DNA of 64,000 nt from Nitrosopumilus sp. Its GTDB lineage: Archaea > Thermoproteota > Nitrososphaeria > Nitrososphaerales > Nitrosopumilaceae. The stretch is from assembly GCA_965223425.1 (NCBI GenBank), contig OZ245003.1, positions 1,184,001 through 1,248,000 of the forward strand, read 5' to 3'. The position numbers and the translations under genes were made by a program. Below, one piece after another: positions 52,501-58,859 of this stretch. Each line of letters opens with the position of its first letter. The first letter of the stretch is position 1. Under the pieces are notes generated by a model. That model was not told the origin of the DNA, did no database searches, and saw only the letters and a program-made list of their open reading frames with translations.

Positions 52501-53526
52501 AGCGGGACCTCCTTTGAGCCAGAATTCAGGTATTACGGATCATCAGGCACCCTTGAGGGCCTTGTATCCTCTGGCGGCGGTGGTGGTGGCAGCAGCGGAG
52601 ACGTCTCTGCCCCCTCAATCCGCACGGGCTTTGGCGCGGGCCAGTACCCCCTGGTATACGACGGGGTAAAGTACGGCCCTGACACGATCAACTCGCCCCA
52701 CACTGCCACGATACGCGCAGGCAGCGGCGAGAGGCTTCTCAGCACCCTCACAGTATACGAGAACGGCGGGGCGCAAAACGTACAGCACGTCGACATGTTT
52801 GTCGCACACGACGGCAGGACAATACACAACGACGGCACAGAAACCCACGTGACCTACGATTCAGGCAACGTCCGGATAACTGATCCGCACGGCCTTATTG
52901 CCAGTGCCACTGTGGATGCGTCTGCCATTGATGCCACAAAGGCGCAGTTTGAGTTTGTCATAACCTTTGCCAAGAAGGTCCCGCTCTCTGACGTGCTGTA
53001 CCGCCTGTGGGACACCGGCAGAAACGCGCTTTACATCCACCTTGAGGACGCCCTTGTGGTGTCTGAGGGAAGGAAAGGCGGCAGCAGCAGTAGCGGCGGC
53101 GGCGGTGGCGGAGGCGGCAGCAGCAGCAGTGGCGGCGGAGGCGGAGGCGGCGGTAGCAGCAGCAGCAGCAGCAGTACTGTCCCCCCAGCCACCGGCAGCG
53201 GCACAACCACAACAACAACCGCTACTGGCAACGGCACCGCAGCTGACACTGCAGACAAGCAGCAACCACAACAACCCCGACAGGGCTTTACCGCAGAACA
53301 GCTTGACACCCTAAAGCAGTGGGGCGGATTTGCGTCCCAGTCCGCATCTGACTCGCAGCTTTTAGCCCAGTTCGGAATAGAGGGCACCAGCATCCCCACA
53401 TACTTTAAGCAGACAGCAAAGTGGTTCCTCGACGCAGACGCAGATGACGCAGATGACGGCCTGACTGCGCAGGAGTTTGTCGCAGCGCTGTCGTACCTCG
53501 GGCAGCGCGGGCTGCTGCTAAACTGA
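34597..53526 (+). CDS. Giant (6309 aa) modular cell-surface protein/adhesin
   Basis: Signal peptide; LVIVD-like propeller repeats; lectin-like domain; many PKD/Ig domains; SwmB-like domains; FSPDGTKM propeller; Cys-containing Ig (DUF5011-like) domains; type-1 periplasmic binding domain; Gly/Ser linker; thaumarchaeal-type C-terminal IP..FKQTAKW...EFVAALSYL motif. Confidence 0.9.
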   Translation: MQRLIKSPLPAIAAIAALVLLIPLCISLADAAIDSPVPVASVADGSAYPELAGAWDITTVVINASTYALVTGSHDLGVQIIDITDPASPTHVAAIIDGQSHSNSKKFDTLSSPHGITTVDIGTSTYALVASSHEGGIQIINITDPADPAPVVSIRNDKTYPKLAGAWDVTTVKINSSTYAMVTSNESTNGGGVQIINITNPADPAPVSSFGNGDAVTVGEEEKTYDTLAGANGITTVNMGSSTYALVTAYYDNGVQIINITNPASPVPAASITDNSTINLAGAVDITTVKIDSSTYALVAAYYDNGVQIINITNPASPVPAASITDNSTINLAGAYGITTVTDGSSTYALVAASTDNGVQIIDITNPASPVPAASITDEQEHDNGKTFDELEGAHGITTVTDGSSTYALVASTGDNGVQIIDISTAAEEESTTDRQPSTQSDTDAITTSKQTSADATSVPADWGLIPSGLGEGQDRFRLLIVTSTEHNATSSDIAVYDTFVQNLVAAGHEDIQEYSSSFRVVGSTSTVDARNHTGTTHTDTNKGPPIYWLDGAKVADNYQDFYDGSWDEERSARNENGDEFVFGTTSIFTGSKSDGTKASFFYLGNNLGALLGLPNIDRDPLTSDNPFTSSETLRFYGISPVFQIGTTNAAPIADAGPNQHVQERDTVTLDGTNSADPDNGDDTTLTYSWSQTSGTPAVTLANANTTSPTFTAPSTANFTALTFALTTNDGSLSSNNDTVTVTVYDDQTIFARSATYYENHGILGITFNKDVNLLISTELDLFHIRESGSDDGGSNLLSSKLLITTGSTAHFKLDSSTDSAVRALASPEADIEPDFTYSQGGFSFDYDQNDLPIKSGAFLPLIESVTLAARDELTVRFLSNVDTDITNGTGWILFGADVTAANLAIESNSDPGGIKDTMTLALNASLPGTATRFDDVHVKYQRPSGDGGGIFNGTEYLGNTADIKAADGLPPVPVSAAAASAMSTSITVTFSENVLGSHGAGSFSLSRAAGSATTTPVPAVVPETIFTDSETLTLNLNSTIGNNDLTVAYNQDLAGSGIADVAGNPVASFEGIPVGTQSAPTPPTPPDGNAPPTASIAAPARAAEGTTVTLVGTGSSDSDGTISLYAWTANNTSITIIDADKAEASFTAPQVTANATLVITLKVTDDDGATGSANHTMTLYDTNRLPAADAGPNQHVQEGDTVTLDGTRSADPDDGDTLTYSWSQTSGTPTVPLTNADTASPTFTAPSTANFTALTFALTTNDGSLSSNNDTVTVTVYDDQTIFARSATYYENHGILGVTFNKDVNLLISTELDLFHIRESGSDSGGSNLAFPLLLHTSGSTAHYKLDPSTDNAFRALTSPEADIEGFFTYSQNGFSFEYDQNDLPIGKSGAFLPLIESVTLVAHNELAVRFLSNVDTDITDGTGWILFGADAAGLAIKSNSDPGGTTDAMTLALNASLPDTATRFDAVHAHYQRPPADGDGATSHRGGIFNGTEYLDNARNIMANDGLPPVPVSAAAASATSTSITVTFSENVKGSHGTGSFSLSRAAGSATTSTPIPAVVPQTILTDSSTLTLGLDGPVGNNTLVISYRQDLEGSSMADVAGNPVASFANIPVGTPDVNRLPTAIISAPARVTEGDAVTLDGTASADDDGTISSYEWIANDTSITITNPSQATASFTAPRVTEDTSLVITLQVTDDDGDTGSANHTMTIANVNQRVTDPPRFVSAELDESAGVLNITFDKAIDASGVNATKFHIRESGSVTGGVTLSGASVTVTTPNTITLRLAEADRQTVIAMNTPYLEIDAGAVSDRSGNLLTESFDLTHDPSFSGSFYVAQDTQPVDIAFSPDGTKMFIMGIDHKTVRQYALSTPFDVTNASYNNKFFVVKTQDDTPLSIAFSPDGTKMFMMGGEHGAVRQYALSTPFDVTTASYSDEFFVVRHQDDQPVGITFSPDGTKMSMVGRVHDAVRQYALSTPFDVTTASYSDEFFVVRNQEKEPTGFAFSPDGTKIFIVGRQHDAVQQYALSTPFDITTASYNNKSFVVKTQDDAPNGIAFSSDGTKMFIIGNQHDRVYEYHMRLLYDINRLPTADAGPNQHVQEGDTVTLDGTGSADPDGGDDTLTYSWSQTSGSPAVTLTNANTTSPTFTAPSTTTAADPITLEFTLTASDSSSSNGTDTVTVTVYDDQTVFARSATYYENHGLLDITFNRDIDRTREIVFDSFLIRESGSNSGGSVLTSSEWLRDTAAGSTMTFRLNPSTDDAVGALTSPEIDIESFAVFGTNNILFNYDQVELPVVKSGAFLPLIDSVTLITHNELAVRFLSNVDTDITDGAGWILFGADAAGLAIKSNSDPGGTTDAMTLALNASLPGTATRFDDVHVHYQRPPADDAAGQRGGIFNGTEYLDNARDIKAADGLPPVPVSAAADSATSTSITVTFSENVKGSHGAGSFSLLRAAGSATTSIPIPAVVPQTILTDSSTLTLGLDGPVGNNTLVIGYNQDLEGSSMADVAGNPVASFANIPVSTPFTGDTGGGTPDANRRPIAEAGEPQTVNEGDTVTLDGTASHDPDGDPLTYVWEQAALQGEPPLRIEIDGATATFTAPQVTGLTFYTFTLTVYDGKVYSHVDTVNVIVNNSASDDPVADAGANQTENEGSTVTLDGTASADPNGDPLTYLWRQVSPESPQIALDDAASATPSFVAPVTLAAWTDFVFELAVDDGQGNSHTDTVTVTVRDTVSNRPVADAGANQTVNEGDTVTLDGTGSADPNGDPLTYSWKQDRPATPQLLLDDLNSPVANFVAPQVRNATEYVLELTVNDGHGNRNTDLVTITVRDTGSADPNIPVARAGGGQRVMEGSTVTLDGTASADPNGDPLTYLWRQISIPGAPTVQLEGANTATATFTAPAVDAEIDLVFELAVNDGDGNRDTDYVVIIVRDGDHEHAGSVHEHVGPTADAGPDQAYPEGTVITLFGGSSRGQVDGLDAVLQHRWIQLLPETPQVRIVNANHSEASFLAPQVSSTTEFLFLLTVWDRTISTGTDFVTMTVIDVAPDRPTAQAGRDQEINEGFTVHLNGRDSTDPNGDPLTYLWRQVSPASPQVSFDNATSSRTSFTAPTVSNQTDFVFELAVDDGQGNSHTDTVTVTVFDSASNSPTAEAGAAQNVTKGSTVRLDGTLSSDPNGDQLTYSWSQLIPNRPRVQLDDSASPTPSFTVPSLTLGDLLIFELIVDDGNGNTGKDNVILTVVRPPPAADAGPNQHVQEGDTVTLDGTNSTDPDGGDDTLTYSWSQTSGSPAVSLENANTTSPTFRAPQTGSTATLEFTLTASDDSLSNGTDTVTVTVYDDQTVFARSATYYENHGILGITFNRDIDRLPGILFDLFSIRESGSNSGGSDLGSSEWLENTAARSTMIFMLDPSTDDAVRALTFPEIDIEAFAVSGTNGIQFMYDQTELPVVKSGAFLPRVTTAVATAQSEITVRFLSNVDTDITNGTGWSVGASVDVGLEENLAVESNSDPGGTTDAMTLALNGSLPTGFRSGAIFLDYQRPSDDGTGIFNGTEYLGSTNRILLTDGIPPVIVNASAASPTATSITLTFSERITGQANAESFSLSRTAGSATTTPVPAVVSQVEAGSSPTITLNLNGTIGNNDLVIGYNRDLGGDSSMADIAGNPVASFADIPVATPPADPVLPTPPEDDSYAIDSPVPVASITDGQTHSNGKTFDELNGVYDIATVKIDTSTYALVVASTFGADNGVQIIDITDPANPAPVASFDKGDTVTVGNATKTFDELLGARAITTVKIDTSTYALVAAFTDNGVQIINVTNPDLPAPVASFDDGDTVTVNGTTKTFDTLRGTRAITTVDIDSSTYALVAASNDDGVQIVDITDPAKPVPTASFDDGDIVTVGDTEKTFDELNGARAITTVDIGSSTYALVASFNDDGVQIVDITDPTKPVPTASFDDGDTVEVGGTNKTFDELDQANGITTVKIDSSTYALVASLDDDGVQIVDITDPAKPVPTASFGDGDTVTVGNANRTFDELDGARAITTVDIGSSTYALVASFNDDGVQIVDITDPSNPFPTASFDDGDTVTVNGTTRTFDELDGARAITTVDIGSSTYALVASLTDNGVQIVGISSRSITNQPTVAPTLVSVERHDPATQSTNDTTPTFRATFSKAVTNVDAPDFVIIGDATATVSAVTPVSDTVYHVEVNVTADGIVNLGIDAGHNIQDAAGNSLSGTEPTDTDEPYTIDTAPPTLLAVTRIHPAAENTNDRNPIFRVIFGEAVTNVDKEDFETLGNATSTVSSATRIFDTQYDVLVTVTADGTVNLGIDAGHNITDVAGNALSDTTPTGANEPYTIDTVQPTILSIKRHNPLTENTTDSTPTFRVTFSEEVLEVNKPDFAITDSSSANATVSTVTPVPGSTVYDVGVTVTANGTVSLVLAGLHYIIDTASNSLSPADPPVSESYNVLLTQAENRQPTITLTGDNPATAERYVTYTDAGAACADPDGDDITLTSSSNVDTDTVSLPASPYRYTYSCTDQHGLAATNKTRLVSVEDTVKPVITLVGPASVPLTVGDTYTEEGATCTDSGRLLGAASIGGATVDTAVVNEYDVVYACSDGYNNAIPVTRTVTVTEPTITPPPPDVNVPPSASISAPPRAAEGTQVTLDGSGSTDTDGTIQSYNWTASNPAVAITGSNLPTASFIAPQVTEDTSLAITLKVTDDDGATNSAQHNMTITNTSPPPDDSAAPTFTARTGPATNQITVTFSKAVNSTADSHAAWGVAGSTVTAVTGLDGTGNTATLTLQSPVQPPDATPAVTYNADAGDISDVAGNPLATATVTAAAGHPAGLHIHLIGDAFLYHTYGEPYTDKGALCHDADGNDITDTGDYENPPYLNQTQTINATLHADTVLNFTHQSQNEYRPFDPQEVIYKCATSPSEFVEETRTVALRDDTPPEIRLNGPRDVDLEIGETFEETATCTDAPLKYQTELLNAAFYLTFRISFLPDGYQDTAGEHTISYTCSDSKGNDAEDTSRTLHVGTPDNTPPVLAVNPGVVTTLANGTHVVRQDVGFAAAGDGGGLQSAVSCTDNRDSTPAITLDPATVDTSVSGAHTITYSCTDAAGNPSNDITVTWDFGPAAPVLAVTPGDTQVTLALDASYEIPAASCTDHRDGDITGTGIVTAISSGGQPVDEIDTSSAGTYGITYSCTDSDDNTSEHNVTVTILPAVVDSTPPTIVLNPPEIIFVPVGGSFADADTGALCIDGQGNIIEGRTTVDATALDTAVLGNHTVTYSCTVSEENPQSSTISRTVSVYGFTVNGNIADFATDITTSDDYEEGIIQNITNIENPYQSIKYYDTAGQDTDSFDNQTRPAGTYTVQYTVSTPMSSPPITYTITETVTVVNATTQPDGNTPPIVAISVVPEVEAAEGTLVSLDGTNSRDDDGTISSYAWTTDDASIAITDADRPTASFTAPQVTEDTPLLITLRVTDNQGAPGSAQYTLIITDSESPVVPDTTPPTFTVDGHTGDFETSLTEGQTYRNGKIDNINETGSHPTSTEIRYYSGTGDVITTTDENEINSINNTRPAIGGYTIQYRVSDSAVSPNTHTITETLTVRAPATVTIGAIVSTTGSISSLGIPANDAIHLAVNDFNDRYLAPKEAAWRLAVSGYDDRSTSEGAIAALELLAGSNITSIVGPLTSDALSAVKGHALFDEPPRLAISYASTAPAEDLKQKDDRVFRTVPDDSNTVRAYVSLFEADSVDYVIPVFRNDAWGVALNRTLADEIDDHNNNNNNNNEITVHGGILYDPDTVSLSANTTLALLNDTLSRDSVSEKAPAVVVFGFSETLDILDEAAATANLPAAKWYGSDAVAPSKLLEGDTTRDENRRAFLERTDYNVLTLAIDQNEANKRIDRSVDNADVYSYAAYDAVYILGTAIHLNGGPAGNVVNGGLIGNITQVADNANGHYTDPAMGNTTLNEYGDLLQADYFVLSLDAGSGTSFEPEFRYYGSSGTLEGLVSSGGGGGGSSGDVSAPSIRTGFGAGQYPLVYDGVKYGPDTINSPHTATIRAGSGERLLSTLTVYENGGAQNVQHVDMFVAHDGRTIHNDGTETHVTYDSGNVRITDPHGLIASATVDASAIDATKAQFEFVITFAKKVPLSDVLYRLWDTGRNALYIHLEDALVVSEGRKGGSSSSGGGGGGGGSSSSGGGGGGGGSSSSSSSTVPPATGSGTTTTTTATGNGTAADTADKQQPQQPRQGFTAEQLDTLKQWGGFASQSASDSQLLAQFGIEGTSIPTYFKQTAKWFLDADADDADDGLTAQEFVAALSYLGQRGLLLN

Positions 53527-54239
53527 GGGGACGCCAAAGGGTATCACCTGCCCGTCAAAGACAGATGCCCGCCGCAGATCACCGGGAACGCAGCTAGGAT
53601 CTGCTTGTCTGGCACCACGCACACACACAGGGTCTTACCAAACCCCCACCCCTGCAGTCCCCAGTTGAGCCTGCAACCGGATTGCGGCGCATCATCATAT
53701 CATCATCACATATGCGTTGTTTTCCTTGGCCGTTCCAAACAGCAGCAGCAGCAGCAGCAGCAGCGCCCTTTTCAGATCCCTGGCCGTATAATGGGCAGTG
53801 CCCTCTCTGGCTCTTAACCTGGCAAACCCCGTTGCGCAAATACGCGCCTCTGGCAGGCCCTTCTGATATGCAGTCTGCAATCGCAGTGCTGTTTTCTGCC
53901 GGCCTGGTGACATGACAGTCTCCGCACCGGTCAGACCCGGGCAGCGGCAAGCCCCTGTACATCACCCCAACCGGCAGTTTCCTGCACCTTTTGCATCCAT
54001 GGCCGGAGCTACGCACCGTCTGGCTGCCCATTCCTCCAAAACCCCGCAGATCCGAGAACCTGTATGTCGCCGCTTTCTCCCCCCCGGATCTCCGTAGCGT
54101 ATCTCCAGACGAACAACCACCTGCGTTCACTTTTTCTAGTTTTCAGAGGCGGCCCTGTCTCAATCCAGGTTCCAGTCTGCAGTGCCGTGCTTTCTGCAAA
54201 CTTGCATCTCTGATCAAGCGTGATTGGATCAGACTCGAC

Positions 54240-54286
54240 GGTTATGGTGTATTCCAGCGATCAGATCATCATTTTGCACCAGATCT
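54240..54286. repeat. 47-bp imperfect palindrome, copy 4
   Basis: GGTTATGGTGTATTCCAGCGATCAGATCATCATTTTGCACCAGATCT. Confidence 0.8.
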
Positions 54287-54472
54287 TCTGTAAATGGTAA
54301 GAAATACAAGATCTGTACAATTGTAAAAAAAAATCTTATTTTTTTAACGAGTTTACGAGATTTTAAAGGATCTTTTTTATTTTTCATTGTGTATGATGTA
54401 CTGAGAACCTCAAGATTGGTGGTCATGTCTGAAAGAGTTCCCCTCCATCCAGTTTAATATCTGACCATCACT

Positions 54473-55282
54473 CTATGACGGCTTGAGCATTGTTTGTTTT
54501 TTGAGACTTTTTGTAAACGATGTAATCTTTGATTCCAATTGTCTTTGGGGCGTCTTTTCAATTAACTTCAAATACGCACTTCCAACAATTACCGCATCTG
54601 CACCTGCCTTGATGTATTTTTTTACATCTTCGGGAGTTGACACGCCAAACCCGACGCCAATCGGAATTTTTCCTCTAGTTTGTTTTTTTACATCCCTGAT
54701 TGCCTTTAGCGTATAATTTTTAATTCCTGTTTTAACACCTGTCGTTCCATAAACTGCAACAAGATAGAGGAACCCTGTTGATGCTTTAGCAATTTTTTGC
54801 ATTCTTGCTTTGTTCGTATTTGGGGATATCAGAAATATTGTGTCTGCCTTGTTTTTTGCCGCATGCAAGTAATCTTTTGATTCTTCAATTGGCATGTCAG
54901 GAAGGACGAATCCGTCTATTCCTGCCTTCCTTGCCTCAGAAATGAATTTTGGATATCCCTTATGATACAAAATATTGGTGTATGTCATCAATACAAGTGG
55001 AATCCCCGTTTCTTTTCTGATTTTTTTTACAATGCTCAAAAACTTGTTTATCCTTGTGCCTTTTTTTAGCGACATGGTACCTGCATTCTGAATCACTGGC
55101 CCATCTGCTAGAGGATCTGAAAAAGGAAAACCCAATTCTATAATGTCTGCGCCTCCTTTTACCAGTCCCCTTACTGCGGCAATTGTTGCTTTTTCATTTG
55201 GGAACCCGGCCATAACGTATGAGATGAGTGCTTTTTGGCCTTTGGCCTCCAATTCCGTAAACTTTTCTTCAATCTTTGACAT
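54473..55282 (-). CDS. trpA: Tryptophan synthase alpha chain
   Basis: [28 protein letters not shown]. Confidence 0.96.
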   Translation of the reverse strand: MSKIEEKFTELEAKGQKALISYVMAGFPNEKATIAAVRGLVKGGADIIELGFPFSDPLADGPVIQNAGTMSLKKGTRINKFLSIVKKIRKETGIPLVLMTYTNILYHKGYPKFISEARKAGIDGFVLPDMPIEESKDYLHAAKNKADTIFLISPNTNKARMQKIAKASTGFLYLVAVYGTTGVKTGIKNYTLKAIRDVKKQTRGKIPIGVGFGVSTPEDVKKYIKAGADAVIVGSAYLKLIEKTPQRQLESKITSFTKSLKKQTMLKPS

Positions 55283-56459
55283 TTTTATTCAGATAATCTT
55301 GTACTTCTTCAACATCTTTGTCCCCCCGTCCAGAAAGCGTCACCACTATTGACTCTGACTTTTTTCCTTTTCCTGCCACCTTGATTGCCTCTGCCATTGC
55401 GTGAGCTGATTCTAGTGCTGGGATGATTCCTTCTGTCCTAGTCAGCATCAAGAACGCATCAATAACTTTTGCATCCGTAGCTGAATGATATTTTACGCGT
55501 TTTGTATCTTTAAAGTAAGAATGCTCAGGACCCACCCCCGGATAATCAAGTCCTGCTGAAATGCTGTGCGTCTCTGCAATCTGCCCCTCCTCATTTTGAA
55601 GTAAATAAGTCATCATGCCGTGTAAAACCCCTTTTGTACCAGCTGATAGTGTTGCCGAGTGTAGTTTTGATTTTAACCCTTGACCTGCAGCTTCTACCCC
55701 AATAATTTCTGCGTTTGTATCGGCCAGGGGATAAAACGTTCCAATCGCATTAGAACCCCCGCCCACACATGCTATCACGCTATCTGGAGTCTTGTTGTTG
55801 ATTTTTTTCATTTGCGATTTGATCTCATTCCCAATCACGCTTTGAAAGTCCCTTACCATTACCGGATAAGGGTGTGGGCCTACGGCAGATCCTAGCAGAT
55901 AGTATGTTGTCCCCACGTTTGTGATCCAGTCCCTAATTGCCTCGTTGATTGCATCCTTTAGTGTTTTTGAACCTGATTTTACCGGATGAACTTTACAACC
56001 AAGCAAGTTCATTCTAAACACGTTAAGCTTTTGGCGAATTGTATCCTTGTATCCCATGTATACTTCGGCTTTCATTCCCAATGCTGCACATGCCATAGCT
56101 GTTGCAACACCGTGCTGGCCTGCTCCGGTCTCTGCAATGACTCGCCTCTTTTTCATTTTTTTTGCAAGAAGCGCCTGGCCTAGCGTGTTGTTGATTTTAT
56201 GGGCCCCCCCATGCAGCAAGTCCTCCCGCTTGAGATAGATTTTGGAGCCTCCTAGCTTTTCTGATAGATTCTTTGCATAGTACAGGGGGGTCGGTCTTCC
56301 TGCGTAAGCTTTGAGATAGTAATCAAGTTCTTTTTTGAAGTTTCTGTCATTTTTGTATTTGAGATAGTTCTCTTCTAGTTCTTCAACTGCTGGCACCAAT
56401 GTTTCAGGAATGTATCTTCCGCCAAATTCCCCAAATCTTCCATTCTTGGGATATCTCAA
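55269..56459 (-). CDS. trpB: Tryptophan synthase beta chain
   Basis: [39 protein letters not shown]; TTG start overlapping the trpC stop. Confidence 0.97.
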   Translation of the reverse strand: MRYPKNGRFGEFGGRYIPETLVPAVEELEENYLKYKNDRNFKKELDYYLKAYAGRPTPLYYAKNLSEKLGGSKIYLKREDLLHGGAHKINNTLGQALLAKKMKKRRVIAETGAGQHGVATAMACAALGMKAEVYMGYKDTIRQKLNVFRMNLLGCKVHPVKSGSKTLKDAINEAIRDWITNVGTTYYLLGSAVGPHPYPVMVRDFQSVIGNEIKSQMKKINNKTPDSVIACVGGGSNAIGTFYPLADTNAEIIGVEAAGQGLKSKLHSATLSAGTKGVLHGMMTYLLQNEEGQIAETHSISAGLDYPGVGPEHSYFKDTKRVKYHSATDAKVIDAFLMLTRTEGIIPALESAHAMAEAIKVAGKGKKSESIVVTLSGRGDKDVEEVQDYLNKNVKD

Positions 56460-57235
56460 TATGCACTCGCCAACTTTCTTATCTGCTCTCCGATATTGTC
56501 GCTTTTCATGATACTTGAGCCTATCAAAAATGCGTCTGCTCCACATTTTTTCAGATATCGAACATCTTTGGCACTTTCAATCCCGCTTTCTGAAAGAATT
56601 GGCCTTGTATCTTCATATCCGTCTAGAACCGTTTCTGTAGTTTTCAAATCAATCTCCAACGTATCCAAGTTTCTGTTGTTAATGCCGATAAGATCAGCGG
56701 CCGTCTCTGATGCATTTTCAAATTCTTGTTTTGTATGAACTTCAAGAAGAATTTTTAATCCTTTTCTGTGTCCATAGTCGATAAACTCATCAATTTCTTT
56801 TAGGAATCCCTGATCAAATAAGGACTGAATCACTAGCATATAGTCTGCCCCGATCTTCTCTGCAGCATCAATCTGAATTTTGTCTATCATGATATCCTTC
56901 ATCAGCAATGGGGCATCCACTGCCTCTCTAACTTTGATGAAGTGTTTGGGCGAACCGTGAAATAAGTGTGGTTGTGTCAGCACTGACAACGCTTTTGAGC
57001 CTCCGGCAATCATCTGTCTTGCTATGTTTGCAGGATCTGCAAGGGTTCTGATTTTTCCAAGGGAGGGCGATGCAAATTTTATCTCAGCTAGGAGCGTTGG
57101 ATGGGGATTTGTCTTGATAATCTGAATAAAATCCCTGTCTGATTTTTGTAGATTTACATCTACATCATATGTCCCATCATCGACTGCTGTCTGTGAATTG
57201 CTTACCAGTCTTTTTAAAATATTTTCAGCCGTCAT
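56456..57235 (-). CDS. trpC: Indole-3-glycerol phosphate synthase
   Basis: [28 protein letters not shown]. Confidence 0.95.
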   Translation of the reverse strand: MTAENILKRLVSNSQTAVDDGTYDVDVNLQKSDRDFIQIIKTNPHPTLLAEIKFASPSLGKIRTLADPANIARQMIAGGSKALSVLTQPHLFHGSPKHFIKVREAVDAPLLMKDIMIDKIQIDAAEKIGADYMLVIQSLFDQGFLKEIDEFIDYGHRKGLKILLEVHTKQEFENASETAADLIGINNRNLDTLEIDLKTTETVLDGYEDTRPILSESGIESAKDVRYLKKCGADAFLIGSSIMKSDNIGEQIRKLASAY

Positions 57236-58272
57236 GCCATCTCCCTTAGTTTTGAAATGTCTCCTGTGTCTGCCACAAAGTTTTCCAAAAGCTTGAATGC
57301 TTTTCCATCTTTAATTGCGTCTAGTGCAATATCTACCCCCTCTTCAAAACTATCTGCAATGTCTGCAACAATCAGCCCGCCTGCCGCATTTAGTGCTGTA
57401 GTTTCAACCATTGCCTGATTTGCAGTATTGTTAAGAACTCTCACAAAAGACTTGACGGCCTGATCTTTATCTTCAATTTGTATGTCTTTGAGTGATGATT
57501 TGTGCAATCCGACTATTTCCGGATCAACTGCATTCATCAATATTTTCCCGTTACGTAAAATACATACTCTATTAACTGAGCTAGTTGAAAACTCATCCAT
57601 TCCATCATCAGAACGCACTGTCATAACATTCTGCGCATTTTTTCTTTTAAGAATCGCTGGCAGCCTTTCAAGATATTCATCTGAAAACACCCCCACTAGT
57701 TGATTCTTTACTCCAGCTGGATTTGAAAGGGGGCCTAAAAGATTGAATGCCGTTCTTTTGCCCAGCTGTCTTCTTGCAGCAGCAACATGTTCCATTGCAG
57801 GATGAAATTTCTGTGCAAACATAAAACAAATCTTGTGTTTTTCTAAAATCTCTGTAGTTTTTGCTGGCCCTTGATTCAGGTCATATCCAAAATATTCAAA
57901 AATATCTGCACTTCCTGACACTCCTGAGCTGGAGCGGTTCCCGTGCTTTGCAACTATTCCGCCTGCCGCTGCTACCACAAACGATGCAGCAGTCGACACA
58001 TTGAAGGTTTGAAGTTTATCTCCTCCGGTTCCACACATATCGATAACCGTTCCCGCGTTTTTAGGCTCGATTTTTAAGGATAACTCCTGCATTTTATCTA
58101 GCATTCCCAGCAACTCGTCATCTGTCTCTCCTTTGTCTGCAAGGCCTGATAGAAAATCCGCATTTTCTTTGATGGAGGTATTTCCTGAAAGAATGTGCGT
58201 CATGACGCTGTTTATCTCATCGTATGTCAAGTCTGTCTTTTCTTGCAGTTTTTCAATAAAATCTGAAATCAT
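57232..58272 (-). CDS. trpD: Anthranilate phosphoribosyltransferase
   Basis: DMCGTGGD, NVST, KHGNRSSSGVSGSAD. Confidence 0.96.
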   Translation of the reverse strand: MISDFIEKLQEKTDLTYDEINSVMTHILSGNTSIKENADFLSGLADKGETDDELLGMLDKMQELSLKIEPKNAGTVIDMCGTGGDKLQTFNVSTAASFVVAAAGGIVAKHGNRSSSGVSGSADIFEYFGYDLNQGPAKTTEILEKHKICFMFAQKFHPAMEHVAAARRQLGKRTAFNLLGPLSNPAGVKNQLVGVFSDEYLERLPAILKRKNAQNVMTVRSDDGMDEFSTSSVNRVCILRNGKILMNAVDPEIVGLHKSSLKDIQIEDKDQAVKSFVRVLNNTANQAMVETTALNAAGGLIVADIADSFEEGVDIALDAIKDGKAFKLLENFVADTGDISKLREMA

Positions 58273-58859
58273 TTCTCTCTTACCTGCTTGATGAAATTTT
58301 CTAGAATTTTTTTACCCTCTTCAGTCATTATTGATTCGGGATGAAACTGCACTCCCTCAATAAGATATTTTTTGTGTTTTACTGCCATAATCTCTCCATC
58401 GTCTTCAGCAGTGGCAGTTACTTCTAGCACGTCTGGAATTATTGCTTTATCCCCTACTAAACTGTGATATCTTGTTGCTCTAAATGGATTTTTTACCCCC
58501 TTGAACAGTTCTGAACCCTTGTGAGCAACTGGACTTGTTTTCCCATGTCTTACACATCCTGCATTTGTTACTCTTCCTCCAAACGCATAAATGATTCCCT
58601 GATGCCCAAGACAAACTCCTAGTATCGGCGTTGTTGTGCCCATATCCTTGATTACGTCACCACACACTCCAAAGCTTTTCCTGTCCTCAGGTGTTCCCGG
58701 ACCTGGCGAAATTATTATTGCATCATAATTTTTTTCTCTAATTTCATTTAGTGCAATCCTGTCATTTCTGATGACGTCTGATTCTACTCCAAGCTCTCCA
58801 AGATACTGTGCAATGTTAAATACAAACGAATCATAATTGTCAATAATTAGAAATTTCAA
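58269..58859 (-). CDS. trpG: Anthranilate synthase component II
   Basis: IDNYDSF, SPGPG, GVCLGHQ, QFHPES. Confidence 0.95.
   Translation of the reverse strand: MKFLIIDNYDSFVFNIAQYLGELGVESDVIRNDRIALNEIREKNYDAIIISPGPGTPEDRKSFGVCGDVIKDMGTTTPILGVCLGHQGIIYAFGGRVTNAGCVRHGKTSPVAHKGSELFKGVKNPFRATRYHSLVGDKAIIPDVLEVTATAEDDGEIMAVKHKKYLIEGVQFHPESIMTEEGKKILENFIKQVREK

Noticed and set aside
34597-53526. Diversity-generating retroelement within the giant gene repeats
   Set aside because: Differences between repeats are not adenine-restricted and there is no reverse transcriptase in the window.
34615-53537. Numerous long antisense ORFs over the giant gene and the IS elements
   Set aside because: Shadow ORFs caused by GC-rich biased codon usage; no recognisable motifs.
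53527-54239. ORFs (e.g. 178 aa, minus strand) downstream of the giant gene
   Set aside because: Low-complexity GC-rich sequence with (CAG)n; the translations are not protein-like.
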